Assembly (NCBI GenBank): GCA_041659405.1
Contig: JBAZYK010000012.1
Coordinates: forward strand, 24,750-56,749
Source of the DNA: Candidatus Altimarinota bacterium
GTDB lineage: Bacteria; Patescibacteriota; Gracilibacteria; UBA1369
Reading direction: 5' to 3'
Length of the DNA: 32,000 nt
A program made the position numbers and the translations under genes. The notes beneath the pieces were generated by a model, which saw only the letters and a list, made by a program, of their open reading frames with translations, did no database searches and had not been told where the DNA came from. Below, one piece after another: positions 24,579 to 32,000 of the stretch (within the stretch, counting starts at the first letter, position 1; each line of letters opens with the position of its first letter).

Positions 24579-25667
24579 ATGAAAATCGGTATTGTCGGAC
24601 TTCCTAATGTCGGAAAATCAACTTTATTTAACGCCCTCACCAAAACAAAAGGCGCCATGGCGGCCAATTATCCTTTTTGTACAATCGATCCAAATATTGG
24701 AATTGTTTCTGTTCCGGATGAACGCATGCAAAAACTGGCCGAAACTGTTAAGCCGCAAAGAATTTTGCCGGCCATTGTTGAGTTTGTGGATATTGCCGGT
24801 TTGGTAAAAGGCGCCAGTGAAGGCGAAGGCCTTGGAAACCAGTTCTTAAGCCATATTCGCGAGTGTGATGCGATTGCGCAGGTTGTGCGTGTTTTTGCCG
24901 ATCCAAATGTGATCCACGTTCACGAAAATGTTGATCCAAAGCGCGATGTTGAAATTATTGAAACGGAACTTATCATGGCCGATTTACAAACTGTCCAGAA
25001 ACGTCTTGGCAAGGCGCAAAGTGATGCCAAGTCCGGTGATGCCAAAAAAAAGGCTTACGCCGATTTGGTGGCGCGAGTGGAAAGAGGCCTGACCGAAGGC
25101 AAAAAGGTGATTGATACCGATTGGAATCCGGAAGAAAAACTGGCTTTGCATGATCTGCATTTGCTTACAGCTAAGCCACTTTTGTATGTTGCCAATATTG
25201 ATGAAAAAGAAGCGGGAAAAATTAATGTTGAAGAACTTAAACCAAAATTAGGGCTGACAGCTCAACAAAAACTGATTCCAATTTCCGCAAAAATCGAAGA
25301 AGAAATCGGCACACTCACAGAAGAAGAAGGAAAAATGTTTTTGGAAGAAATGGGATTAAAAGAAACCGGTTTAAATGCCTTAATTAAGGCCGCCTACGAA
25401 ACATTGGGCTTGCAGACATATTTCACCGCTGGCGTGCAGGAAGTCCGCGCCTGGACCATTCACAAAGGCGACAAAGGCCCACAGGCAGCCGGCGTGATCC
25501 ACACCGATTTTGAAAAAGGCTTTATCTGCGCCGAAGTAATCTGGTGGGAAGACTTTGTAAATTGCGGCGGAGAAGTGGTCGCCAAAGAAAAAGGCAAAAT
25601 GCGCCTGGAAGGCAAAGAATACATAGTAAAAGACGGCGACGTAATGCACTTTAAATTTAATGTGTAA
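24579..25667 (+). CDS. ychF: ribosome-binding ATPase YchF
   Basis: MKIGIVGLPNVGKSTLFNALT is the G1 motif. DIAGLVKGAS is present, and the C-terminal section is FFTAG..EVRAWTI..G..APQAAGVIHTDFEKGFI. Confidence 0.95.
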   Translation: MKIGIVGLPNVGKSTLFNALTKTKGAMAANYPFCTIDPNIGIVSVPDERMQKLAETVKPQRILPAIVEFVDIAGLVKGASEGEGLGNQFLSHIRECDAIAQVVRVFADPNVIHVHENVDPKRDVEIIETELIMADLQTVQKRLGKAQSDAKSGDAKKKAYADLVARVERGLTEGKKVIDTDWNPEEKLALHDLHLLTAKPLLYVANIDEKEAGKINVEELKPKLGLTAQQKLIPISAKIEEEIGTLTEEEGKMFLEEMGLKETGLNALIKAAYETLGLQTYFTAGVQEVRAWTIHKGDKGPQAAGVIHTDFEKGFICAEVIWWEDFVNCGGEVVAKEKGKMRLEGKEYIVKDGDVMHFKFNV

Positions 25668-25678
25668 TTTGAATATCA

Positions 25679-25966
25679 ATGCACAACAAAACAATTTCGT
25701 TATTCCTTTCATTTTTGGTTCCAATCTTAATTTTTAATTTTGAGATCTATCTTTATGGACTTCTTTCGGTCCAAAATAATCTTGGAATTGTAAACCCAGT
25801 GTTATCTCCGATTTTAATAATCATTCCAATTGCTGTAGGTTTTAAAATTCTAGATTACGCCTTCAAATTCAAAGAGCATGCCATGATCATTGCCATAATT
25901 TATAGCTTGCCCATGCTTATATTTTTGTTTCTGTTTGCAATGTTGTCATCAGGAAACTTAATTTAA
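25679..25966 (+). CDS. small hydrophobic membrane protein
   Basis: 95 aa with three predicted TM stretches. It is tightly packed between ychF and the HisA-like gene. Confidence 0.5.
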   Translation: MHNKTISLFLSFLVPILIFNFEIYLYGLLSVQNNLGIVNPVLSPILIIIPIAVGFKILDYAFKFKEHAMIIAIIYSLPMLIFLFLFAMLSSGNLI

Positions 25967-25975
25967 AAATTCTTC

Positions 25976-26740
25976 ATGGAAATCATCCCCGCAATTTACA
26001 TTCTTAACGGCCACTGCGTTTCTTTATACAAAGGCAGTTACCAGCAAAAGGAGACTTACTTCAAAAGTCCGCTGGAATATGCCCGCCATTTTGAAAGGGA
26101 AGGCGCGCAAAAACTTTACGTCATTGATTTGGACGGACGGCTTAAGGGCGATTTTCCTCAAATGAATTTGGTTGAGCGCATGATCAAAAGTGTCAAAATT
26201 CCGGTTCAGGTTGAGGCCGATTTTACCAGTATTGCAGCCATAGAAAAGGCTTTTGCAATTGGTGCGTCCAAGGTGGTTTTGCGTCCTTCCGCCAAGCAGA
26301 TTATTCGTGAAGCCATTGAAAAATTTGGTCCCGAAAAAGTTATTGTGGAAATGAATGCAAAAGGCAGCGAAGTGGTTCAGCCAATAGTTACCAAAACCAT
26401 CAATGGAAAATTGGAGATTGAGCCGGATTTAAGCCAAAATCATGAGGTGGTCGATTTTGCCGAAATGCTGGTTACTTTGGGCGTGAAAGAAATTATTTAC
26501 AAAGACGAACGCAGCGAAGGAACCCTGATTCACCCAAATTACGACGACGTAGACCGGATTTTTGCGACAATCGGAGCAATCGAAGGCCAATTCGGAATCA
26601 AAATTTACGTCTCCGGCGGAATCGGCCAAATAAAACATTTACAAACACTAAAAAAAATCGGCATCGCCGGCGCAATAATCAACAAAGCCTTCTTCGAAAG
26701 CATGATTACAATAAAAGAAGCAGAAAAGGCGGTGGGGTAG
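25976..26740 (+). CDS. HisA/HisF-family (beta/alpha)8 barrel protein, divergent
   Basis: IIPAIYILNG..V.L.KG, YVIDLDG, VSGGIGQ and GAIINKAF align to HisA landmarks. The positions of both catalytic Asp residues and the GGGIRS loop are substituted. Confidence 0.7.
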   Translation: MEIIPAIYILNGHCVSLYKGSYQQKETYFKSPLEYARHFEREGAQKLYVIDLDGRLKGDFPQMNLVERMIKSVKIPVQVEADFTSIAAIEKAFAIGASKVVLRPSAKQIIREAIEKFGPEKVIVEMNAKGSEVVQPIVTKTINGKLEIEPDLSQNHEVVDFAEMLVTLGVKEIIYKDERSEGTLIHPNYDDVDRIFATIGAIEGQFGIKIYVSGGIGQIKHLQTLKKIGIAGAIINKAFFESMITIKEAEKAVG

Positions 26741-26785
26741 GGGGGGGGAAGACATTAGTTAGGTGAAATATTTAAGAAAATTTAT

Positions 26786-27418
26786 ATGCTCGAACTCCAG
26801 AGACTGTTAATCAAAGATAATCAAAATAATTTATTCAGAATTTTGCAATTTGGGCCTGGACTAGACGAGAAAAATGAACCATATGTCAAAATCTGTTTTC
26901 CATATTTTGACAACACCAGGCTGTATAAAATGGATCAGCCAGGAAAAGTTAAAGACAACCTACTTAGCGAATTTACGCCAGAATATATAAGTATAAATGA
27001 ATTTACATACCACTATGAATCAGGTGTATCACATTTTAAATTCAACAATAGTCATACCAAACAGAATAAAAAGTTACCGACAATAAAATCAAAAGTTCCT
27101 CTGCATTTACTAACAATCTATATATTTGATTTAAATTCTGTCCCAAAATTCACAAAAAAAATAGGAAAACTAGATTTTGCCTTACCAAACGCATTCAATG
27201 TCAACAATGGTAGAATGATTGATATCTATATTAGGCAACTTACCATTACCCCAGAGATAGAAGATAAATCTGAAATAAATTATTTTGATAAATACGAATT
27301 TGAAGATAACAATTTAAAAATAGGACTCTCATTAATAGACTATGAATTCAAAACTAAACCCCAAAATACAGGAATAATAGTTAGTAGACCTAGCGATCCA
27401 CATGCAAAATTTTCTTAA
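26786..27418 (+). CDS. hypothetical protein (very AT-rich orphan)
   Basis: 210-aa ATG frame rich in N, K, I, F and Y. No motif recognised. Confidence 0.55.
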   Translation: MLELQRLLIKDNQNNLFRILQFGPGLDEKNEPYVKICFPYFDNTRLYKMDQPGKVKDNLLSEFTPEYISINEFTYHYESGVSHFKFNNSHTKQNKKLPTIKSKVPLHLLTIYIFDLNSVPKFTKKIGKLDFALPNAFNVNNGRMIDIYIRQLTITPEIEDKSEINYFDKYEFEDNNLKIGLSLIDYEFKTKPQNTGIIVSRPSDPHAKFS

Positions 27419-27473
27419 ATACATCACTTAACACGCAATTTGCGGCTCCGCTCCTTCGGTCGCTACGCCCATA

Positions 27474-27520
27474 TTTGGCGCTGGTGTAGCACTGCGTGCT
27501 AAAATTATACCAGCGCCAAA
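27474..27520. repeat. perfect 12-bp inverted repeat with nested 6-bp hairpin
   Basis: TTTGGCGCTGGT (27474-27485) pairs with ACCAGCGCCAAA (27509-27520). The loop contains TAGCAC-tgc-GTGCTA. Confidence 0.8.
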
Positions 27521-27619
27521 CATCGCAAAGTGCGGGACGTTAGCTGACATATTCCTTTTCTTTTAATTCTAGAGGGGTATAACGAATACAATACAAAACG
27601 ATAAATTGAAAAATTCACT

Positions 27620-29194
27620 ATGACAAATGTAAATACAACTAAAGAGCAAGAACGTTCAGAATTGCACCGTGCTATTTGGCAGATTGCCAATGATCTGCGA
27701 GGAAGCGTAGACGGCTGGGACTTCAAGCAGTATGTGCTGGGAATACTTTTCTATAGATTTATTAGCGAAAATCTAACTAACTATATTAACTTTGATGAAC
27801 GTCGAGCCGGTAAAAAAGATTTTGACTACGCTACGCTTACCAATAAAGAAGCCGAATTTGGCCGTTCAGACACGGTAAAAGAAAAAGGTTTCTATATTTT
27901 ACCAAGTGAACTTTTTGTAAATGTCAGAAGGAATGCCCGCAATGACGCCAACCTCAACGAAACTCTTACTGCTGTATTCCGTAATATTGAAAATTCAGCA
28001 AAAGGTACAGACAGTGAATCTGATATCAAAGGTCTTTTTGATGACCTTGATGTAAATTCAAATAAACTGGGTGCCACTGTAGAAAAAAGAAATCAACGCC
28101 TTACAAAACTTTTTGAATCTATCGGGGACCTTCGACTTGGGAATTACTACGATAATACTATAGACGCTTTTGGTGATGCATATGAGTTTCTGATGACCAT
28201 GTATGCCGCAAACGCAGGAAAGTCAGGAGGTGAATTTTTCACACCACAGGAAGTTAGTGAGCTTCTTGCTGAAATCACAACAGTCGGCAAGAAAGAAGTT
28301 AACAAAGTCTATGATCCAGCCTGTGGATCTGGCTCTTTGCTCCTCAAGTTTGTCAAAGTCCTCGGTAAGGAGAATGTAAGGCAAGGATTTTTTGGACAGG
28401 AAATAAATCTAACTATCTACAACCTCTGCCGTATCAACATGTTCTTGCACGACATCAACTACAATAATTTTGATATTGCTCACGGCGATACCCTTATGGA
28501 TCCGAAACATTGGGACGACGAGCCGTTTGACGCCATCGTTTCCAATCCGCCATATTCTATTCATTGGGAGGGCGACGCGAACCCGCTCCTTATCAACGAT
28601 CCGCGTTTTTCTCCGGCTGGAGTACTTGCGCCAAAGAGCAAGGCTGATCTCGCGTTCACGATGCACATGCTCAGTTGGCTTTCTACCAGTGGCACGGCGG
28701 CGATTGTTGAGTTCCCCGGCGTTCTCTATCGTGGTGGCGCGGAGGGTAAAATAAGAAAATATCTAGTAGACAATAATTATGTCGATGCGGTTATCCAGCT
28801 TCCGCCCGACCTCTTTTTTGGTACTACCATCGCCACCTGTATCATCGTGCTCAAAAAGAGCAAGAAAGATAACAAAACACTTTTTATAGATGCCTCTGCC
28901 GAGTTTGTCCGTGGCGGTAACAAAAACAAATTGAGCGAGATAAATCGTAAAAAGATTTTGGACGCTTTCACCACCCGTCAAGATGCGGAGTACTTTGCCA
29001 AGCTCGTTGATAATAAAACTATTGCCGAGAACGACTACAATATCGCCGTATCCAGTTATGTGGTGGGCGAGGATACTCGCGAAGTAGTGGACATAACCAC
29101 TCTCAATACAAAAATCGCCAAGATTGTTGCAAGACAAAATGAACTCCGCACCGCGATTGATGAAATTGTAGCGGATATTGAAGGAACTAACTAA
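27620..29194 (+). CDS. hsdM: type I restriction-modification system DNA methyltransferase subunit M
   Basis: The HsdM N-domain is LHRAIWQIANDLRGSVDGWDFKQYVLGILFYRFISE. The SAM motif is YDPACGSGSLL and the catalytic motif is VSNPPYS. Confidence 0.95.
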   Translation: MTNVNTTKEQERSELHRAIWQIANDLRGSVDGWDFKQYVLGILFYRFISENLTNYINFDERRAGKKDFDYATLTNKEAEFGRSDTVKEKGFYILPSELFVNVRRNARNDANLNETLTAVFRNIENSAKGTDSESDIKGLFDDLDVNSNKLGATVEKRNQRLTKLFESIGDLRLGNYYDNTIDAFGDAYEFLMTMYAANAGKSGGEFFTPQEVSELLAEITTVGKKEVNKVYDPACGSGSLLLKFVKVLGKENVRQGFFGQEINLTIYNLCRINMFLHDINYNNFDIAHGDTLMDPKHWDDEPFDAIVSNPPYSIHWEGDANPLLINDPRFSPAGVLAPKSKADLAFTMHMLSWLSTSGTAAIVEFPGVLYRGGAEGKIRKYLVDNNYVDAVIQLPPDLFFGTTIATCIIVLKKSKKDNKTLFIDASAEFVRGGNKNKLSEINRKKILDAFTTRQDAEYFAKLVDNKTIAENDYNIAVSSYVVGEDTREVVDITTLNTKIAKIVARQNELRTAIDEIVADIEGTN

Positions 29195-29199
29195 AAACT

Positions 29200-30225
29200 A
29201 TGAAACAAGAAAATTCACAAAATCAGATAATTATTTACGAAGGCGATGGTGGTCAGCTGAGGATTGAGGTGCAAGTTGAGAATGAAACCGTCTGGCTCAC
29301 CCAATCCCAAATGGTGGAGCTTTTTCAATCCAGTAAAGCGAATGTTAGCGAACATGTTAAGCATATTTTTGAAGAGGGTGAACTTGGGCGAGATTCAGTT
29401 GTTCGGAAATTCCGAACAACTGCCGCAGACGGCAAAAACTACGAGATTGAGCACTATAATCTGGATATGATTATATCGCTTGGCTATCGTATTAAGTCAT
29501 CAATTGCCACCCAATTCCGCCAATGGGCAACCGCAAGACTTCGGGAGTATGTCGTCAAAGGCTTCACCATGGATGATGATCGTCTGAAGGGCAACGGTGG
29601 CGGTCAATACTGGAAAGAACTTCTTGATCGCATTCGCGATATTCGCAGTAGCGAGAAGGTGCTTTATCGGCAAATTTTGGATTTGTATGCAACTGCTATG
29701 GATTACGATCCAAAAGCAAACGAGTCTTTGAGTTTTTTTCAAATTGTTCAAAACAAGCTTCATTTTGCGGCTCATGGTCATACGGCGGCAGAAGTGATTT
29801 ATTTGCGAGTGGATTCAGATAAGCCATTCGCAGGGCTTACAAATTTCAGGGGAAATCAACCGACTCAAGCCGAAGCAATGGTCGCCAAAAATTTTTTAGA
29901 ATTAAGTGAACTCAAAATTTTAAACAATCTCGTTTCAGCATATTTTGATTTGGCTGAAATCAATGCCCTAGAAGAAAAACCCATGAAAATGGCGGATTAT
30001 ATCCGTGAACTGGATAATATTCTAAAATCCGCAGGAAGAAAACTTTTGAGCGATGCCGGAAAGATAGGCCATGAGAAGGCCACAGAAAAAGCCACTCTGG
30101 AATACCGCAAGTACAAGGCGAAGAATCTGAGCGAGGTGGAAAAAGATTATTTGGAAGCAATTAAAGCCGTGGAGAAAAAAGTTGAGAAGAAAGTGAAAAC
30201 TGAAAAATTTGATAATAAAAAATAA
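29200..30225 (+). CDS. RhuM-family protein
   Basis: VRKFRTTAADGKNYEIEHYNLDMIISLGYRIKSSIATQFRQWATARLREYVVKGFTMDDDRLK is the conserved RhuM core. Confidence 0.8.
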   Translation: MKQENSQNQIIIYEGDGGQLRIEVQVENETVWLTQSQMVELFQSSKANVSEHVKHIFEEGELGRDSVVRKFRTTAADGKNYEIEHYNLDMIISLGYRIKSSIATQFRQWATARLREYVVKGFTMDDDRLKGNGGGQYWKELLDRIRDIRSSEKVLYRQILDLYATAMDYDPKANESLSFFQIVQNKLHFAAHGHTAAEVIYLRVDSDKPFAGLTNFRGNQPTQAEAMVAKNFLELSELKILNNLVSAYFDLAEINALEEKPMKMADYIRELDNILKSAGRKLLSDAGKIGHEKATEKATLEYRKYKAKNLSEVEKDYLEAIKAVEKKVEKKVKTEKFDNKK

Positions 30226-30229
30226 TTTT

Positions 30230-31732
30230 ATGACAACAATTATTAAATACGGTGATTCAGAAAATGAAAGAATAGAATTTAATACAAAAAACGCTTCTAT
30301 TATCGGGGGAAACGGTTCAGGTAAGTCGTCATTGATGCGAAAGATTAAATTACAGAATTCTAGTTTTACAATTATTTCTGCTCATAAAAACTTAACAATA
30401 AAACAAGGTATATACAAAGGGAACGAGGATAATTGGCTAACTCAAAATAAATCTCATTATAAGAGTCCAACAACTGGTGATACCAGCGTCCCAGCAGATA
30501 ATAATAGTGTACAAGATGATTTTAATCAGATGATTGAAATCATTTTTAGGGATTACAACAACGAATCGGTTGAAGCTTTAAACGCAGGGAAAACACTTTC
30601 TGAAATAACTAGAAAATTAGATAAAATTGTTAGCGTTTGGAACTCAATATTCACCGATAAAATACTCTTGTATAAAGATAAAAAAATTAAAGTGCAAGTT
30701 GCTGGAGAAGAAACATTCTATGATATCGAAAATCTTTCCGATGGAGAAAGAACTGCTTTATATGTACTAATTAAACTTGTCTTAGCCGATTCAAGTCCTA
30801 CTATTGTCATAGATGAGCCTGAAACTTTTCTTAATCCAGCTATCCTGAACCAGTTATTTGATGAGTGCGAAAAAATTAATAGTGGATCAAATTTCATATA
30901 CTTTAGTCATGATTTAGAATTTGTCACCACAAGAAAGGATAATACTATTTTTTGGATTAAAGAATATAAGCATCCTCATACATGGAAAATCTTGCCTACT
31001 GATCCCGCAGATATACCAGAAGAATTGATTGTCAAGGTGGTTGGGGCAAAGAAACAAAAAATCTTATTTGTTGAATCTGCAAATAACAAAGACGCACAAC
31101 TTTATCAGCTTCTTTATCCAGATTTTAAAATTTGGGCAGTTGGAGGATGTGAAAATGTAATAAACTACACAAAAGCTTTTAATTCTCGAACGGAAAAATT
31201 TAACAAGGAATATTTCGGATTGATTGATCGAGATCTGAAATCCGATGTGCAGGTTGCTACTCTAGTGAGTGATAAGATTTTCTGTTTGCCTGTCGCTGTT
31301 TATGAAAATTTATTCCTAAATAAGGAGATCATTAAGTTTGTCTTCACATATTTGGGTAAAACAGATTTTGATGTAAAGTTTGCAGAATTAGAAACCGAAG
31401 TTAAAGGAAAAGTTCTTGATGATAATTTTAAGCTCGGATACAAAAAATCGAAAGTCCAACAACTCTTCAATCAGGAAATGGAAGCAATCGCAAAAGGAGA
31501 GAGACAATTTGTGCCAGATCTTTCTGTGTACGAGGTAGAAATAGTAACCCTTGGAGCAGATACTTACGAAAATATCTTAAGGTCATTCAATCAGAAAAAC
31601 TTGAAAGGATGCGTTGCAAAATTAAATACAAATTGGTTTGATTGGCAAAATCAAGTTTTGAATATTTTTAATACAGATAAGTCTGATGAATTTCGTACAG
31701 AGTTTTTAAAGTTCATGCCTGAAATAAAATAA
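30230..31732 (+). CDS. ABC-type ATPase fused to a DUF4435/Toprim-like domain (merged PARIS AriA-AriB-like)
   Basis: Walker A is GGNGSGKSS, the signature-like motif is LSDGERTAL, Walker B is IVIDEPETFLNP, and FSHD is present. The C-terminal half shows KILFVES..KD..LYQ, WAVGGCENV and GLIDRD, as in DUF4435. ATG 30230 is preferred over the track's TTG 30209. Confidence 0.7.
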   Translation: MTTIIKYGDSENERIEFNTKNASIIGGNGSGKSSLMRKIKLQNSSFTIISAHKNLTIKQGIYKGNEDNWLTQNKSHYKSPTTGDTSVPADNNSVQDDFNQMIEIIFRDYNNESVEALNAGKTLSEITRKLDKIVSVWNSIFTDKILLYKDKKIKVQVAGEETFYDIENLSDGERTALYVLIKLVLADSSPTIVIDEPETFLNPAILNQLFDECEKINSGSNFIYFSHDLEFVTTRKDNTIFWIKEYKHPHTWKILPTDPADIPEELIVKVVGAKKQKILFVESANNKDAQLYQLLYPDFKIWAVGGCENVINYTKAFNSRTEKFNKEYFGLIDRDLKSDVQVATLVSDKIFCLPVAVYENLFLNKEIIKFVFTYLGKTDFDVKFAELETEVKGKVLDDNFKLGYKKSKVQQLFNQEMEAIAKGERQFVPDLSVYEVEIVTLGADTYENILRSFNQKNLKGCVAKLNTNWFDWQNQVLNIFNTDKSDEFRTEFLKFMPEIK

Positions 31733-31734
31733 TT

Positions 31735-31914
31735 ATGACTAACCACCAATCAAGAATCGAAAAACTAATTTCTGAACTCTGCCCGAATGGGGTGGAGATT
31801 TTAACCGTGAATGAAACTTGTTCAATTAGGATTGGTGACAGACTTGAAAAAAGTGCAATGTCAAATGATGGTAACACCCCTTTCCAAGATTTCGAGAGTG
31901 CGAGACGGATTTGA
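31735..31914 (+). pseudogene. hsdS: hsdS N-terminal fragment (59 codons then stop)
   Basis: MTNHQSRIEKLISELCPNGVEILTVNETCSIRIGDRLEKS matches the usual HsdS start (LCPNGVE...LGE.C.I..G.R). TGA falls at 31912-31914, and all three forward frames are closed within the next 60 nt. Confidence 0.6.
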
Positions 31915-32000
31915 TATTGAGGGAAAGAGAAAAAACAGGTTTTAAGCCACAACAAAAAGAGGGATGATGAAAGATGACTAAATCATCACCATTCCCTCCA

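Noticed and set aside
1-32000. Alternative genetic code (UGA recoding as in some CPR lineages).
   Set aside because: Conserved genes (argG, argH, ychF, cdaA, hsdM) read full length under the standard code. UGA is used as a genuine stop (for example cdaA at 23555-23557), so there is no evidence of recoding.

Overview
The window is an AT-rich bacterial chromosomal segment with short intergenic spacers and frequent TTG/GTG starts. It holds about 35 protein genes and two tRNAs: tRNA-Gly(GCC) and tRNA-Phe(GAA). There is no rRNA, no CRISPR array, and no recognisable transposase or integrase. Gene content and composition resemble a small-genome Patescibacteria/CPR-like organism, but that is inference only. 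The recognisable core genes are:
- a GIY-YIG nuclease and a trans-sulfuration-family PLP enzyme;
- a MOP-family flippase, a C39-like secreted peptidase and CspA;
- a ThrC-like PLP enzyme followed by argG and argH;
- a PLD-family protein, a Nudix/NrtR-like protein and a cupredoxin;
- cdaA-cdaR, ychF and a HisA-like barrel.

Three regions deserve attention.
1. About 3.5-9.1 kb is a visibly more AT-rich accessory stretch next to tRNA-Gly. Its orphan genes are separated by decayed copies of the tRNA 3' end and by a shared upstream box.
2. About 20.27-20.91 kb is a 640-bp gene-free gap. It has a near-consensus promoter and two related long hairpins, making it a candidate structured RNA or palindromic element. 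A second small-RNA candidate with its own promoter and terminator lies at 10.22-10.42 kb.
3. About 26.8-32.0 kb is a defence-type island. It reads hsdM, a RhuM-like gene, an ABC-ATPase/DUF4435 (Toprim-like) fusion resembling a merged PARIS AriA-AriB, and then an hsdS reduced to a 59-codon stub.

All functional calls come from reading motifs in the supplied translations. No database search was run.
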